From the NCBI GenBank assembly GCA_913055875.1, contig CAJXJY010000007.1, positions 120,959 through 184,958 of the forward strand: a stretch of 64,000 nt of DNA, read 5' to 3'. Source of the DNA: an uncultured Altererythrobacter sp. (GTDB lineage Bacteria; Pseudomonadota; Alphaproteobacteria; Sphingomonadales; Sphingomonadaceae). The notes beneath the pieces are model-generated. The model was given only the letters and a program-made list of their open reading frames with translations. It did not search any database and had not been told where the DNA came from. A program made the position numbers and the translations under genes. This document shows, piece after piece, positions 45,473 through 54,073 of this stretch (position 1 is the stretch's first letter; each line of letters begins with the position of its first letter).

Positions 45473-47071
45473 ATGCTCGAATTTCCGACCTGGAAGAAGG
45501 TGTGGCTGTGGGGGCTGACGCTGGCCTTCGCCGCCGCCGCGCTCCCCTCGCTGGTATCGCTGTCGGGCTATGACTGGCCCAAACAGCTGCCCGATCCCGA
45601 AGTCAATCTCGGCCTCGACCTCGCCGGCGGGAGCCATATCCTGCTCGAGGCCGATCCCGCCGAAGTCACCGCGCAGCGGATCGAGAACATGGAAGAGGGC
45701 GTGCGCACAGCTTTGCGCAACGCCGAGCCGCGTATCCAGCATGGCGACGTTTCGACGCAGGGCGGGCAGCTCAGTTTCATGGTCGATAGCACTGCCGAGG
45801 TGGATCGCGCTCGCTCGCTGATCGAGCCGCTCGTCAACGGGCAGGGGCTGGTGCGTGAATGGGACCTGCAGGTGGTCGACGAGACGCGTTTCGTCCTGAC
45901 CCCGACCGCGCAGGGCCTCGAGGAAGCGCTCAACCAGGCGATGGACAGCGCCAAGGAAGTGATCGACCGCCGCATCAACGCGCTCGGCACGCGCGAGCCG
46001 ACCATTATCCGCCAGGGCGAGGACCGGATCGTGGTGCAGGTCCCCGGCCTGCAGGATCCCGACCAGGTCAAGGAACTGGTCGGCAAGACCGCCAAGCTCG
46101 AATTCAAGCTGGTCGACCAGAACGCGCTGCCCGCCGACGTGCAGCAGGGCATCGTCCCGCCCGGCAGCCAGATATTCCCTTATGCCGCGGGGAGCGATTT
46201 CGAAGGCACTTCGATCGCGGTCAAGCGGCTCGGCGGGATCCAGGGCGACAACCTGATCGGCGCGCAGCAGGGCTTCGACCAGGAGACAAACGCGCCGGTG
46301 GTCAATATCCAGTTCGACCAGCAGGGTGCGGCGCGCTTCGGTACGCTCACGCAGCAGAACGTCAACAAGCCGTTCGCGATCATTCTCGACGGCGAAGTGC
46401 TGTCGGCGCCGAACATCAACGAACCGATCCTGGGTGGCAACGCGCAGATTTCGGGTGGCTTCTCCGTCGAGACCGCCAACAATCTCGCCATCGCATTGCG
46501 CTCGGGCGCCTTGCCGGTCGAGCTTGCCGTGGTCGAGGAACGCACCGTCGGTCCCGATCTCGGCGCCGATTCGATCAAGCGCGGCATGATCGCGATGCTG
46601 ATCGGCAGCATCGCGGTGATTGCGCTGATGATCGCGACATACGGCCGTTTCGGCGTCTATTCGACCGCCGCTCTGGTGTTCAACGTGGCGATGCTCCTCG
46701 GCGTGATGGCGCTGCTCAACACCACGTTGACACTGCCCGGCATAGCCGGCTTCGTACTCACCATCGGCGCGGCGGTCGATGCCAATGTGCTTATCAACGA
46801 GCGTATTCGCGAAGAGCGAAAACGCGGGCGGCGGGTGATCGCCGCGGTCGAGACCGGCTACAAGGAAGCCAGCCGCGCGATCTACGACGCCAACATCACC
46901 AATTTCATCGCCGGCGTGCTGCTGTTCCTGTTCGGCTCGGGCCCGGTGCGCGGCTTCGCGGTGGTGCTGGTGATCGGCCTCTTCACCAGCGTCTTCACCG
47001 CGCTCATGCTGACCCGGATGTGGGTCGCGGGCTGGCTGCGCAAGGCGCGGCCGACGGACCTGCATCTGTAA
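45473..47071 (+). CDS. secD: Protein translocase subunit SecD
   Basis: LGLDLAGGSHILLE..., C-terminal 6 TM helices. Follows yajC. Confidence 0.95.
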   Translation: MLEFPTWKKVWLWGLTLAFAAAALPSLVSLSGYDWPKQLPDPEVNLGLDLAGGSHILLEADPAEVTAQRIENMEEGVRTALRNAEPRIQHGDVSTQGGQLSFMVDSTAEVDRARSLIEPLVNGQGLVREWDLQVVDETRFVLTPTAQGLEEALNQAMDSAKEVIDRRINALGTREPTIIRQGEDRIVVQVPGLQDPDQVKELVGKTAKLEFKLVDQNALPADVQQGIVPPGSQIFPYAAGSDFEGTSIAVKRLGGIQGDNLIGAQQGFDQETNAPVVNIQFDQQGAARFGTLTQQNVNKPFAIILDGEVLSAPNINEPILGGNAQISGGFSVETANNLAIALRSGALPVELAVVEERTVGPDLGADSIKRGMIAMLIGSIAVIALMIATYGRFGVYSTAALVFNVAMLLGVMALLNTTLTLPGIAGFVLTIGAAVDANVLINERIREERKRGRRVIAAVETGYKEASRAIYDANITNFIAGVLLFLFGSGPVRGFAVVLVIGLFTSVFTALMLTRMWVAGWLRKARPTDLHL

Positions 47072-47083
47072 GGGGAAAGATCG

Positions 47084-48067
47084 ATGCGACTGCTCAAACT
47101 CGTCCCCGACGATACCAATATCAAGTTCCTCAAATGGCGCCTGCCGTTCTACGTCGTCAGCTGCCTGCTGATCGCTGCGAGCTGGGGCCTGGTGCTGACC
47201 AAGGGGCTCAATTACGGCGTCGATTTCGCCGGCGGCCAGGAAGTGCGGCTGACCTTCGAGCAGCGCAAGGAAGCGCCCATTCCGGCGCTGCGCGAGCTGG
47301 TCGGCGGGCTCGGCTACGGCACGCCGGTGGTGCAGGAATTCGGCGAGGCCAACCAGGTCTCGATCCGCGTGCGCCTGCCCGAGGAGGCCGAGGGCGTGCC
47401 GGGGGCGGCAACCGAGATCGGCAATCAGGTCATCCGGACCATCGAGGGCGAATATCCCGCCGTCCGCCGCGACGGCAACGACACCGTCTCGGGCAAGGTC
47501 GCGAGCGAGTTCCGCAGCGATGCGGTGCTGGCGCTGGTGCTCGCGATGCTCGGCGTGGCGCTGTATATCTGGATCCGGTTCGAATGGCAGTTCGGGGTCG
47601 GCGCGCTGTTTGCGCTGTTCCACGACGTTTCGCTCACGCTCGGCATGTTCGCGCTGTTCCAGATGGAATTCAGCCTCCAGATCATCGCCGCGATCCTCGC
47701 CATCATCGGCTATTCGCTCAACGATACGATCGTCGTCTACGACCGCATACGCGAGAATTTGAAGAAATACCGCAAGATGCACCTGCCCGAACTGCTCGAC
47801 CTGTCGGTCAACGAGACGCTCGCGCGCACGGTGATGACCTCGCTGACGCTCGCCGTCGCGCTGATCCCGCTGCTGTTCTTCGGCCCGGCGAGCCTGTTCG
47901 GGCTGACCGCGGCGATCTTCCTCGGGCTGGTGGTCGGCACCTACAGCTCGGTCTACATGGCCGCGCCGATGCTGATCTGGCTCGGCGTCAATTCGGACAG
48001 CTTCGTTCCGGAAGAGACGATCGCCGACAAGCAGGAAGCGGCCGCCCGGCGAATGAGCGAGGGCTAG
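47084..48067 (+). CDS. secF: Protein translocase subunit SecF
   Basis: NYGVDFAGGQ..., SLNDTIVVYDRIRE motif. Confidence 0.95.
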   Translation: MRLLKLVPDDTNIKFLKWRLPFYVVSCLLIAASWGLVLTKGLNYGVDFAGGQEVRLTFEQRKEAPIPALRELVGGLGYGTPVVQEFGEANQVSIRVRLPEEAEGVPGAATEIGNQVIRTIEGEYPAVRRDGNDTVSGKVASEFRSDAVLALVLAMLGVALYIWIRFEWQFGVGALFALFHDVSLTLGMFALFQMEFSLQIIAAILAIIGYSLNDTIVVYDRIRENLKKYRKMHLPELLDLSVNETLARTVMTSLTLAVALIPLLFFGPASLFGLTAAIFLGLVVGTYSSVYMAAPMLIWLGVNSDSFVPEETIADKQEAAARRMSEG

Positions 48068-49242
48068 GCAATCAGCCGGTCATAGTAGTCGGCGAGCCTC
48101 TCGCCGTTCGCCTTCCAGTCGAATTGAGCCACGGTGGCTGCGACACGCTCCTGCGGGATCGGGTTGTCGAGCACGCGCCGGATGCCCGCAGCGATGGCGT
48201 CGGTCGTGCGCTCGACCAGCACCCCTGCATCGGGCGAGGTGACGAGTTCGCGCACTCCGCCGACATCGGTGGTGACCAGCGGCGTCCCGCAGGCGAGCGC
48301 CTCTACCCAGGCATTGGCCAGCCCCTCGCTGCGCGTGGGCAACACCATTGCGTTGGAGGCCGACAGCACCACCGGCAGCATGTCGTGGTCGAGCAGGCCG
48401 ACGAAATGCACCCGGTCGGCGACGCGCAGGTCCTCCGCCAGCCGGCGCAGATGCGCCTCGTCCTCGCCCTTGCCGACCAGCATCAGGTGGGCGTCGGGAA
48501 TCGAGGCGAGCGCGCCGATGGCGAAATCCTGCCCCTTGCGCTCGATCAGCGCGCCGACGCAGCACAGCAGCGGCTTGTGCTCGGGCAATGAAATGCCGAG
48601 CGCGTCGCCGAGCGTTCGGCGCATGCCTTCGTAGGCCATCGGCCGGAACAGGTCGCGGTCGAGCCCGGTATAGTGGATGGTGATCTTGCGCCGATCCATG
48701 CCCAGATCGGCCATGTCGCTCGCGATCTGCCTGGACACTGCGAGCAGGCCTGCGGCGCGGTCGGCCGCGTCGAGCATCTGGTCCTCGGCGAAGTCCTTGC
48801 CTCCCCAATAGGAGATGTCCGCCCCGCGCGCCTTGATCGAGAAGGGCAGGCCGAGCCTGTCGGCGATCCACGCCGCCGCCGGGCCGTCGGGATAGAAGAA
48901 CTGCGCATCGACGAGGTCGAACGGGGTCTCGGCGTGGAGCCGCTCGGCGAGCGGCAGCACCTTGCGCGCGATGGCGCCGGGATTGATCCGCGCACCGAGG
49001 CGCGGGATCAGCGTGAATTTGGGCCGATGGACCTCGACCCCGTTCTCCACCCCGTCGACCGCGGCCTCGGCCAGGGCGCGATAGCGGCCGAACAGGATCG
49101 GCGGGACGCCGATCGGATTGACCAGCGTGACGTGCCAGTCGCCGCGCGCCGCCAGCGCCTCGAGCGAGCGCGCGACGAAGATGCCGAAACGCGGCGTCGA
49201 GGCGTTGGGATACAGCGTCGAGAGCGACAGGACGCGCTTCAC
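48064..49242 (-). CDS. Glycosyltransferase family 4
   Basis: GTG at 49242 (VKRVLSLSTLYPN...). C-terminal E..G....EA.ACG.P GT-B motif. Start overlaps the stop of the XRE gene. Confidence 0.8.
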   Translation of the reverse strand: MKRVLSLSTLYPNASTPRFGIFVARSLEALAARGDWHVTLVNPIGVPPILFGRYRALAEAAVDGVENGVEVHRPKFTLIPRLGARINPGAIARKVLPLAERLHAETPFDLVDAQFFYPDGPAAAWIADRLGLPFSIKARGADISYWGGKDFAEDQMLDAADRAAGLLAVSRQIASDMADLGMDRRKITIHYTGLDRDLFRPMAYEGMRRTLGDALGISLPEHKPLLCCVGALIERKGQDFAIGALASIPDAHLMLVGKGEDEAHLRRLAEDLRVADRVHFVGLLDHDMLPVVLSASNAMVLPTRSEGLANAWVEALACGTPLVTTDVGGVRELVTSPDAGVLVERTTDAIAAGIRRVLDNPIPQERVAATVAQFDWKANGERLADYYDRLIA

Positions 49243-49811
49243 AATTTGCGCACCAGCATTTCCGCGACCGCGATCCATGCCGGGTCGTCGACCACCTGCT
49301 GTTTCTCTCCGCTGCCAGGTGGCAGAATGCCGACCAGTTTGCCCTGCCGGTCGATCAGCCGCCCGAAGGCGAAACGACCGCCCTTTCTGGGCACGAGCAC
49401 GTCGCGGTTGATCGCGCGTTGTGCGTCGCCGGGATCGAGCTGGCGCAGCCACAGCTGGTCGCCGGCGCAATAGGGGCCTGCGGCGGCCTCGATCGCCAGC
49501 ACCATCAGCGGCCCGTCGCCGCCGAGATCGGTCGGCAGGATCGCATCGCGCGTTTTTGCGAGCGCCTCGGGCCCCGACGCCTCGAGCGTGGCGACGATTT
49601 GCGGATGCCCGGCCTTTTCGGAGCGCACCAGCGTTTCGGGATCGACCCCGAGCGCCGCGCCGATGCGGTCCATCCACTTGATCGACAGATTGCGCATGCC
49701 CGTTTCGAGCCGGCCGATCGTCTGCGCGGTGGTCGGCGGATCGCATGCCTCGGCGAGGTCGGCCAGCGTCCAGCCCTTCTCCTTGCGAATGTCGCGAATG
49801 CGATTGATCAC
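49239..49811 (-). CDS. XRE-family HTH regulator with degenerate (non-catalytic) S24/LexA-like C-terminal domain
   Basis: INRIRDIRKEKGWTLADLAE HTH. The C-terminal beta-rich domain aligns by eye to S24, but AAAGPY replaces GDSMEP. GTG start. Confidence 0.7.
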   Translation of the reverse strand: MINRIRDIRKEKGWTLADLAEACDPPTTAQTIGRLETGMRNLSIKWMDRIGAALGVDPETLVRSEKAGHPQIVATLEASGPEALAKTRDAILPTDLGGDGPLMVLAIEAAAGPYCAGDQLWLRQLDPGDAQRAINRDVLVPRKGGRFAFGRLIDRQGKLVGILPPGSGEKQQVVDDPAWIAVAEMLVRKL

Positions 49812-49835
49812 GCGCTCTCTCTCGGTAACCTTTTT

Positions 49836-49861
49836 GGTTTTTTCACTTTCCTACAATAACC
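49836..49861 (+). promoter_or_regulatory. 26-nt AT-rich promoter/operator box in the divergent region
   Basis: GGTTTTTTCACTTTCCTACAATAACC, 24/26 identical to the holin box. TACAAT at 49852-49857. AACC-n5-GGTT inverted repeat at 49827-49839. Confidence 0.65.
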
Positions 49862-49909
49862 GCATGAATGCAAGACCATCGATACGTCGAATCGACCGAT
49901 GGAGGCACG

Positions 49910-50383
49910 ATGCAACGCAAACTGGCCGAACGCGAGCTGACCGAGGAGGGGCCGCGCAGGAGCAACGGAGCACGGAAAAGGCGCCGCAGCGTTACCGTGA
50001 ACCTCGCCGAATCGCCGCTCGCCTGGCTCCATGCGCGCGGGCATCTCGACGATCGGCTGTTCGATGCGGGCGAGCGGCTGCGCGCCGATTACGAACGCGC
50101 GCAGCTCGGCCCCAACGTGACCATGCGGTGGGACCCGGTGCGGGTGAAGACGACCGGCGATACCGGCCTGTCGCCGACCGAGCGGCAGATCGCCGCCAAG
50201 GATCGCTTCGACGGCGCGCTCCGCGAGGCGGGCAAGGGGCTGCAGGATATTCTCTGGCGCGTGGTGTGCGGCTGCGAGAGCCTGCCCGCGGCGGAGAAGG
50301 CGCTCGACTGGCCGGCACGCAGCGGCAAGCTGGTGCTCAGGCTGGCGCTCGACCGGGTGGCGGATTTCTACCGGATCGGGTGA
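49910..50383 (+). CDS. DUF6456-like protein (possible DNA-binding regulator)
   Basis: ATG at 49910 preceded by GGAGG (49901-49905). LAESPLAWLHARG...AGERLRADYE pattern as recalled for DUF6456. The listed ORF starts at 49868, only 6 nt after the box. Confidence 0.55.
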   Translation: MQRKLAERELTEEGPRRSNGARKRRRSVTVNLAESPLAWLHARGHLDDRLFDAGERLRADYERAQLGPNVTMRWDPVRVKTTGDTGLSPTERQIAAKDRFDGALREAGKGLQDILWRVVCGCESLPAAEKALDWPARSGKLVLRLALDRVADFYRIG

Positions 50384-50430
50384 CGGCGACCGCTCTGGCA
50401 ACGTGGCGCGCTTTGTGGCAGCCATGCCGC

Positions 50431-50844
50431 ATGTGGCGCGTGGTGGTGGCATATGGAGCGGGACTGGCGGCCGTGGCGATGCTGCTCGAATACATGCAGT
50501 ATCGCCACCTGATCCGGTCGCTGCAGACAGAGACCTATATCGTCGTGCTGGCCGTGGTGTTCGTCGGCATCGGGCTGTGGGTGGGGATGCGGATCAACCC
50601 GTCGCCGGCCGGCGAGCCGTTCGAACGCAATGTTCGCGCGGTGGCTTCGCTCGGCCTGACGGCGCGCGAATGCGAAGTGCTCGAATGCCTGGCGCGCGGC
50701 GAATCGAACAAGGAGATCGCGCGCGCGATGGAAGTTTCGCCCAATACGGTGAAGACGCACGTCGCCAATCTCTACGCCAAGCTCGGCGTATCGGGCCGGG
50801 GCAAGGCGGTGGAGGCGGCGCGCGCGCTGGCGCTGATCCCTTGA
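50431..50844 (+). CDS. Membrane-anchored LuxR/GerE-family transcriptional regulator
   Basis: Two N-terminal TM helices, then LTARECEVLECLARGESNKEIARAMEVSPNTVKTHVANLYAKLGV. Confidence 0.7.
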   Translation: MWRVVVAYGAGLAAVAMLLEYMQYRHLIRSLQTETYIVVLAVVFVGIGLWVGMRINPSPAGEPFERNVRAVASLGLTARECEVLECLARGESNKEIARAMEVSPNTVKTHVANLYAKLGVSGRGKAVEAARALALIP

Positions 50845-50958
50845 TTCGGGGGGCGATCGCCCGTGAAAACGGACTATTCGACCCAATTCACCCACATGGG
50901 TGATAGCATTTCGCGCAATTCTCCGGCCTGTCCGGCTTCCTTGGAAAGGAGAACGGCC

Positions 50959-51495
50959 ATGTTTCGATACGCAGCAATTTACGGCGCGATCGCCGGCACG
51001 GTGATCATCGCCACGATGACCCTCGTGCTGACGCTGGGGGGCGACGAGGATTACGGTTTCAGCGAGGTGATGGGCTACCTCGTCATGCTCGCCGTGCTGT
51101 CGCTGATCTTCATCGGCATCAAGCGCTACCGCGACATCGAGAAGGGCGGGGTGATCAAGTTCGCCCCCGCTTTCGGACTCGGCCTCGCCATCACCGCGGT
51201 CGCGGGCGTGTTCTATGTCATCAGCTGGGAAATCTACCTCGCCTCGACCGACTACGCCTTCATCGACAGCTACAGCGAGAGCATGATCGCGAGCATCGAG
51301 GCGAAGGACCTGCCGCCCGACGAACGCGCAGCGGAGATCGCCGAGGTCGAGTCCTCGCGCACGCTCTACGGCAATCTGCCGTTCCGGCTGATGATCACCT
51401 TCATCGAGATCTTCCCGGTCGGGCTGCTGGTGGCGCTGGTATCCGCCGCGCTGCTGCGCAACCCGCGGCTGCTGCCGGCGCGCAAAGCGGCCTAG
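50959..51495 (+). CDS. DUF4199-like multi-pass membrane protein
   Basis: ATG at 50959 behind AAAGGAGAA. MFRYAAIYGAIAGTVIIA..., four hydrophobic segments. Confidence 0.55.
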   Translation: MFRYAAIYGAIAGTVIIATMTLVLTLGGDEDYGFSEVMGYLVMLAVLSLIFIGIKRYRDIEKGGVIKFAPAFGLGLAITAVAGVFYVISWEIYLASTDYAFIDSYSESMIASIEAKDLPPDERAAEIAEVESSRTLYGNLPFRLMITFIEIFPVGLLVALVSAALLRNPRLLPARKAA

Positions 51496-52061
51496 GCGAG
51501 ACTGGCTGCCGCGGCTTCGCGCAGCCGCGGCAGCACCTCGGCCTCGAACCAGGGGTGCTTGCGCATCCAGATGGTGCTGCGCCAGGCGGGGTGGGGCAGC
51601 GGGAAGAAGTGCGGCAGGAAGTCCTCGAAACGGCGCACCCGCTCGGTCATCGACAATGCGCGCGCTTCGGGCAGGTAACGCGCCTGAGCATAGGTTCCGA
51701 CCAGCAGCGTCAGCCGGTCCGCGGGCAGTTCCGCGAGCACGCGCTCGTGCCATTGCGGGGCGCATTCCTTTCGGGGCGGTTTGTCGCCGCCGCTCGCCTT
51801 TCCCGGGTAGCAGAACCCCATCGGCACCAGCGCGACCTGCGCCGGATCGTACATCTGCTCGCGCGTGAGCCCGGTCCATTCGCGCAGCCGGTCGCCGCTG
51901 GCATCGTCCCACGGGATGCCGCTCTCGTGGACCTTCGAGCCGGGCGCCTGGCCGACGATCAGCAGGCGCGCAGTCGGGGAGAAGCTGACCACGGGCCGCA
52001 CGCCGTGCGGCAGGTAATCGCGGCACAGCGTGCAGGCGGTTATCTCGTCGTGCAGGCTCAC
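51492..52061 (-). CDS. Uracil-DNA glycosylase superfamily protein
   Basis: LLIVGQAPG...GIPW and HPAW/HPS-type motifs. Start overlaps the uup-like stop. Confidence 0.8.
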   Translation of the reverse strand: MSLHDEITACTLCRDYLPHGVRPVVSFSPTARLLIVGQAPGSKVHESGIPWDDASGDRLREWTGLTREQMYDPAQVALVPMGFCYPGKASGGDKPPRKECAPQWHERVLAELPADRLTLLVGTYAQARYLPEARALSMTERVRRFEDFLPHFFPLPHPAWRSTIWMRKHPWFEAEVLPRLREAAAASLA

Positions 52062-53893
52062 CCTTCGACCAGTTCGGCCAGTTCGAGCCAGCGCTCTTCG
52101 GCGGCGTGTTTCTCAGCGCGGGCGTTTTCGAGGCCCTTGGTGATGGTGGCGAATTTCTGCGGGTCGGCGGTGTAGAGGTCGGGATCGGCGAGGATCGCCT
52201 CGCCCCTGGTTATGGCGCCTTCCAGCTCCTCGATCCGCGCGGGCAGCAATTCGTAGTCGCGCTGGTCCTTGTAGGAGAGCTTCTTGCTCGCCCTCTCCGT
52301 TGCGGGAGCAGGCTCGGGGGTGGGGGAGGACTTGTGCGCTTTGCCGGACCCGCTCCCGGTCCCTCCCGCACGCGGGAGGGGAGACTTGCGCTCGCGCCGT
52401 TTCGCCTCCCAGTCCTCGTAGCCGCCCGCGACCACATCCACCGTGCCAGAGCCGTCGAGGCCGAGCGTCAACGTCACGGTCTTGTCGAGAAAGTCGCGGT
52501 CGTGGCTGACGATCAGCACCGTTCCCTCGTAATCGGCGATCACCTCCTGCAGCAGGTCGAGCGTTTCGAGGTCGAGGTCGTTGGTCGGCTCGTCGAGCAC
52601 GAGGAGGTTCGACTTGCGGGCGAATTCGCGCGCCAGCAGCAGCCGCGAACGCTCGCCGCCCGACATGATGCCGACCCTGGTGTCGACCACTTTGGGATCG
52701 AACAGGAACTCCTTGAGATAGCCTTGCACGTGCTTGCGCGTGCCGCGCACGTCGATCCAGTCGCCGCCCTCGGCGAGCACTTGCCGCACGGTCACGTCGC
52801 CTTCGAGCAGGCTGCGCTGCTGGTCGATCATAACGCCCGTAAGCTTCTTCGAGATCTCGACCGAGCCGGTGTCGGGTGCGAGCTCGCCGGTGAGGAGCTT
52901 GAGAAGCGTCGTCTTGCCCGCGCCGTTGGCGCCGACCACACCGATCCGGTCGCCGCGCTGGATGCGCAGCGTGAAATCGCGGATGATCTTGCGCTCGCCA
53001 TAGGATTTGGAGACATTCTCGGCGACGATCACCGACTTGGACTTGAACTCCTCCTCGGTCGCCAGCCCCAACTTCGCCGTGCCCTTGGGTGCGATCATCG
53101 CGGCGCGCTGGGCGCGCATCTCCCACAGCTTCTCGAGCCGGCCCTGGTTGCGCTTGCGCCGCGCGGTCACCCCGCGCTCGAGCCAGTGCGCCTCGAGTTT
53201 CAGCTTGGCGTCGAGCTTCTCCGCCGCACGCGCCTCCTCGGCATAGACCTGCTCTTCCCACGCCTCGTAGCCGCCGAAGCCGACCTCCTTGCGCCGCAGG
53301 ATGCCGCGGTCGAGCCAGATCGTTGCTCGAGTCAGCCGCTTGAGGAAGGTCCGGTCGTGGCTGATGACGACGAAGGCGCCCTTGTAGCGGTCGAGCCAGC
53401 CCTCGAGCCATTCGATCGCCGACAGGTCGAGGTGGTTGGTCGGCTCGTCCATCAGCAGCAGGTCGGGATCCTGCGCCAGCGCCTTGGCGATCGCCGCGCG
53501 CCGCTTCTCGCCGCCGCTGGCGCCCTTCGTCGGTGTGGCCATGTCGATGCCGAGCTGGCCCGCAATCGCCTCGACCTCATGCTCGGCGGGGGCGTGTTCG
53601 CCCCCCAGCGCGAAGTCCATCAGCGTGGCGAAGGGGGAGAAATCGGGTTCCTGTTCGAGCACCACTATCCGCGTGCCGGGCTTGACCTTGCGCAGGCCCT
53701 TGTCGGCCTCGATCCGGTCGTCGATCAGGCGGAACAGCGTGGTCTTGCCGACGCCGTTGCGACCGATCAGCGCGAGCCGGTCGCGCGGCCGGATGTGGAG
53801 GTCGAGACCATCCTTGTCCGGCCCGCCGAACAGCCATTTGCCGCCCTGTTGCAGCGAGACGCCTTCGAGGCTGAGGATCGGGGGTTGCGCCAT
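52058..53893 (-). CDS. uup: ABC-F family ATPase (Uup-like)
   Basis: Two ABC cassettes and a C-terminal coiled-coil tail (LSYKDQRDYELLPARIEELE). Confidence 0.8.
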   Translation of the reverse strand: MAQPPILSLEGVSLQQGGKWLFGGPDKDGLDLHIRPRDRLALIGRNGVGKTTLFRLIDDRIEADKGLRKVKPGTRIVVLEQEPDFSPFATLMDFALGGEHAPAEHEVEAIAGQLGIDMATPTKGASGGEKRRAAIAKALAQDPDLLLMDEPTNHLDLSAIEWLEGWLDRYKGAFVVISHDRTFLKRLTRATIWLDRGILRRKEVGFGGYEAWEEQVYAEEARAAEKLDAKLKLEAHWLERGVTARRKRNQGRLEKLWEMRAQRAAMIAPKGTAKLGLATEEEFKSKSVIVAENVSKSYGERKIIRDFTLRIQRGDRIGVVGANGAGKTTLLKLLTGELAPDTGSVEISKKLTGVMIDQQRSLLEGDVTVRQVLAEGGDWIDVRGTRKHVQGYLKEFLFDPKVVDTRVGIMSGGERSRLLLAREFARKSNLLVLDEPTNDLDLETLDLLQEVIADYEGTVLIVSHDRDFLDKTVTLTLGLDGSGTVDVVAGGYEDWEAKRRERKSPLPRAGGTGSGSGKAHKSSPTPEPAPATERASKKLSYKDQRDYELLPARIEELEGAITRGEAILADPDLYTADPQKFATITKGLENARAEKHAAEERWLELAELVEG

Positions 53894-53939
53894 GGGAGGC
53901 GGCAGGTAGTTGCTCGCTTACGGACCCGCAAGTCCAATC

Positions 53940-54050
53940 CCCCTCCCCATGGGGAGGGGTTAGGGGTGGGGGTTCGGCGCTGATGGCCGGGTCGGTGGCA
54001 GCCTCCGGCGCCGTACACCCACACCCAACCCTCTCCCTCAAGGGAGAGGG
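53940..54050. repeat. REP-like doublet of G/C hairpins
   Basis: CCCCTCCCC-at-GGGGAGGGG at 53940-53959 and CCCTCTCCC-tcaa-GGGAGAGGG at 54029-54050, with partly complementary GGGGTGGGGGT/ACCCACACCC segments between them. Confidence 0.8.
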
Positions 54051-54073
54051 CTTTCGGCATCATTCCGGATACT

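Noticed and set aside
45398-48591. 794-aa minus-strand ORF and 910-aa plus-strand ORF over secD/secF
   Set aside because: These are antisense or off-frame relative to unmistakable SecD and SecF sequences. They have low-complexity Arg/Gly/Asp composition.
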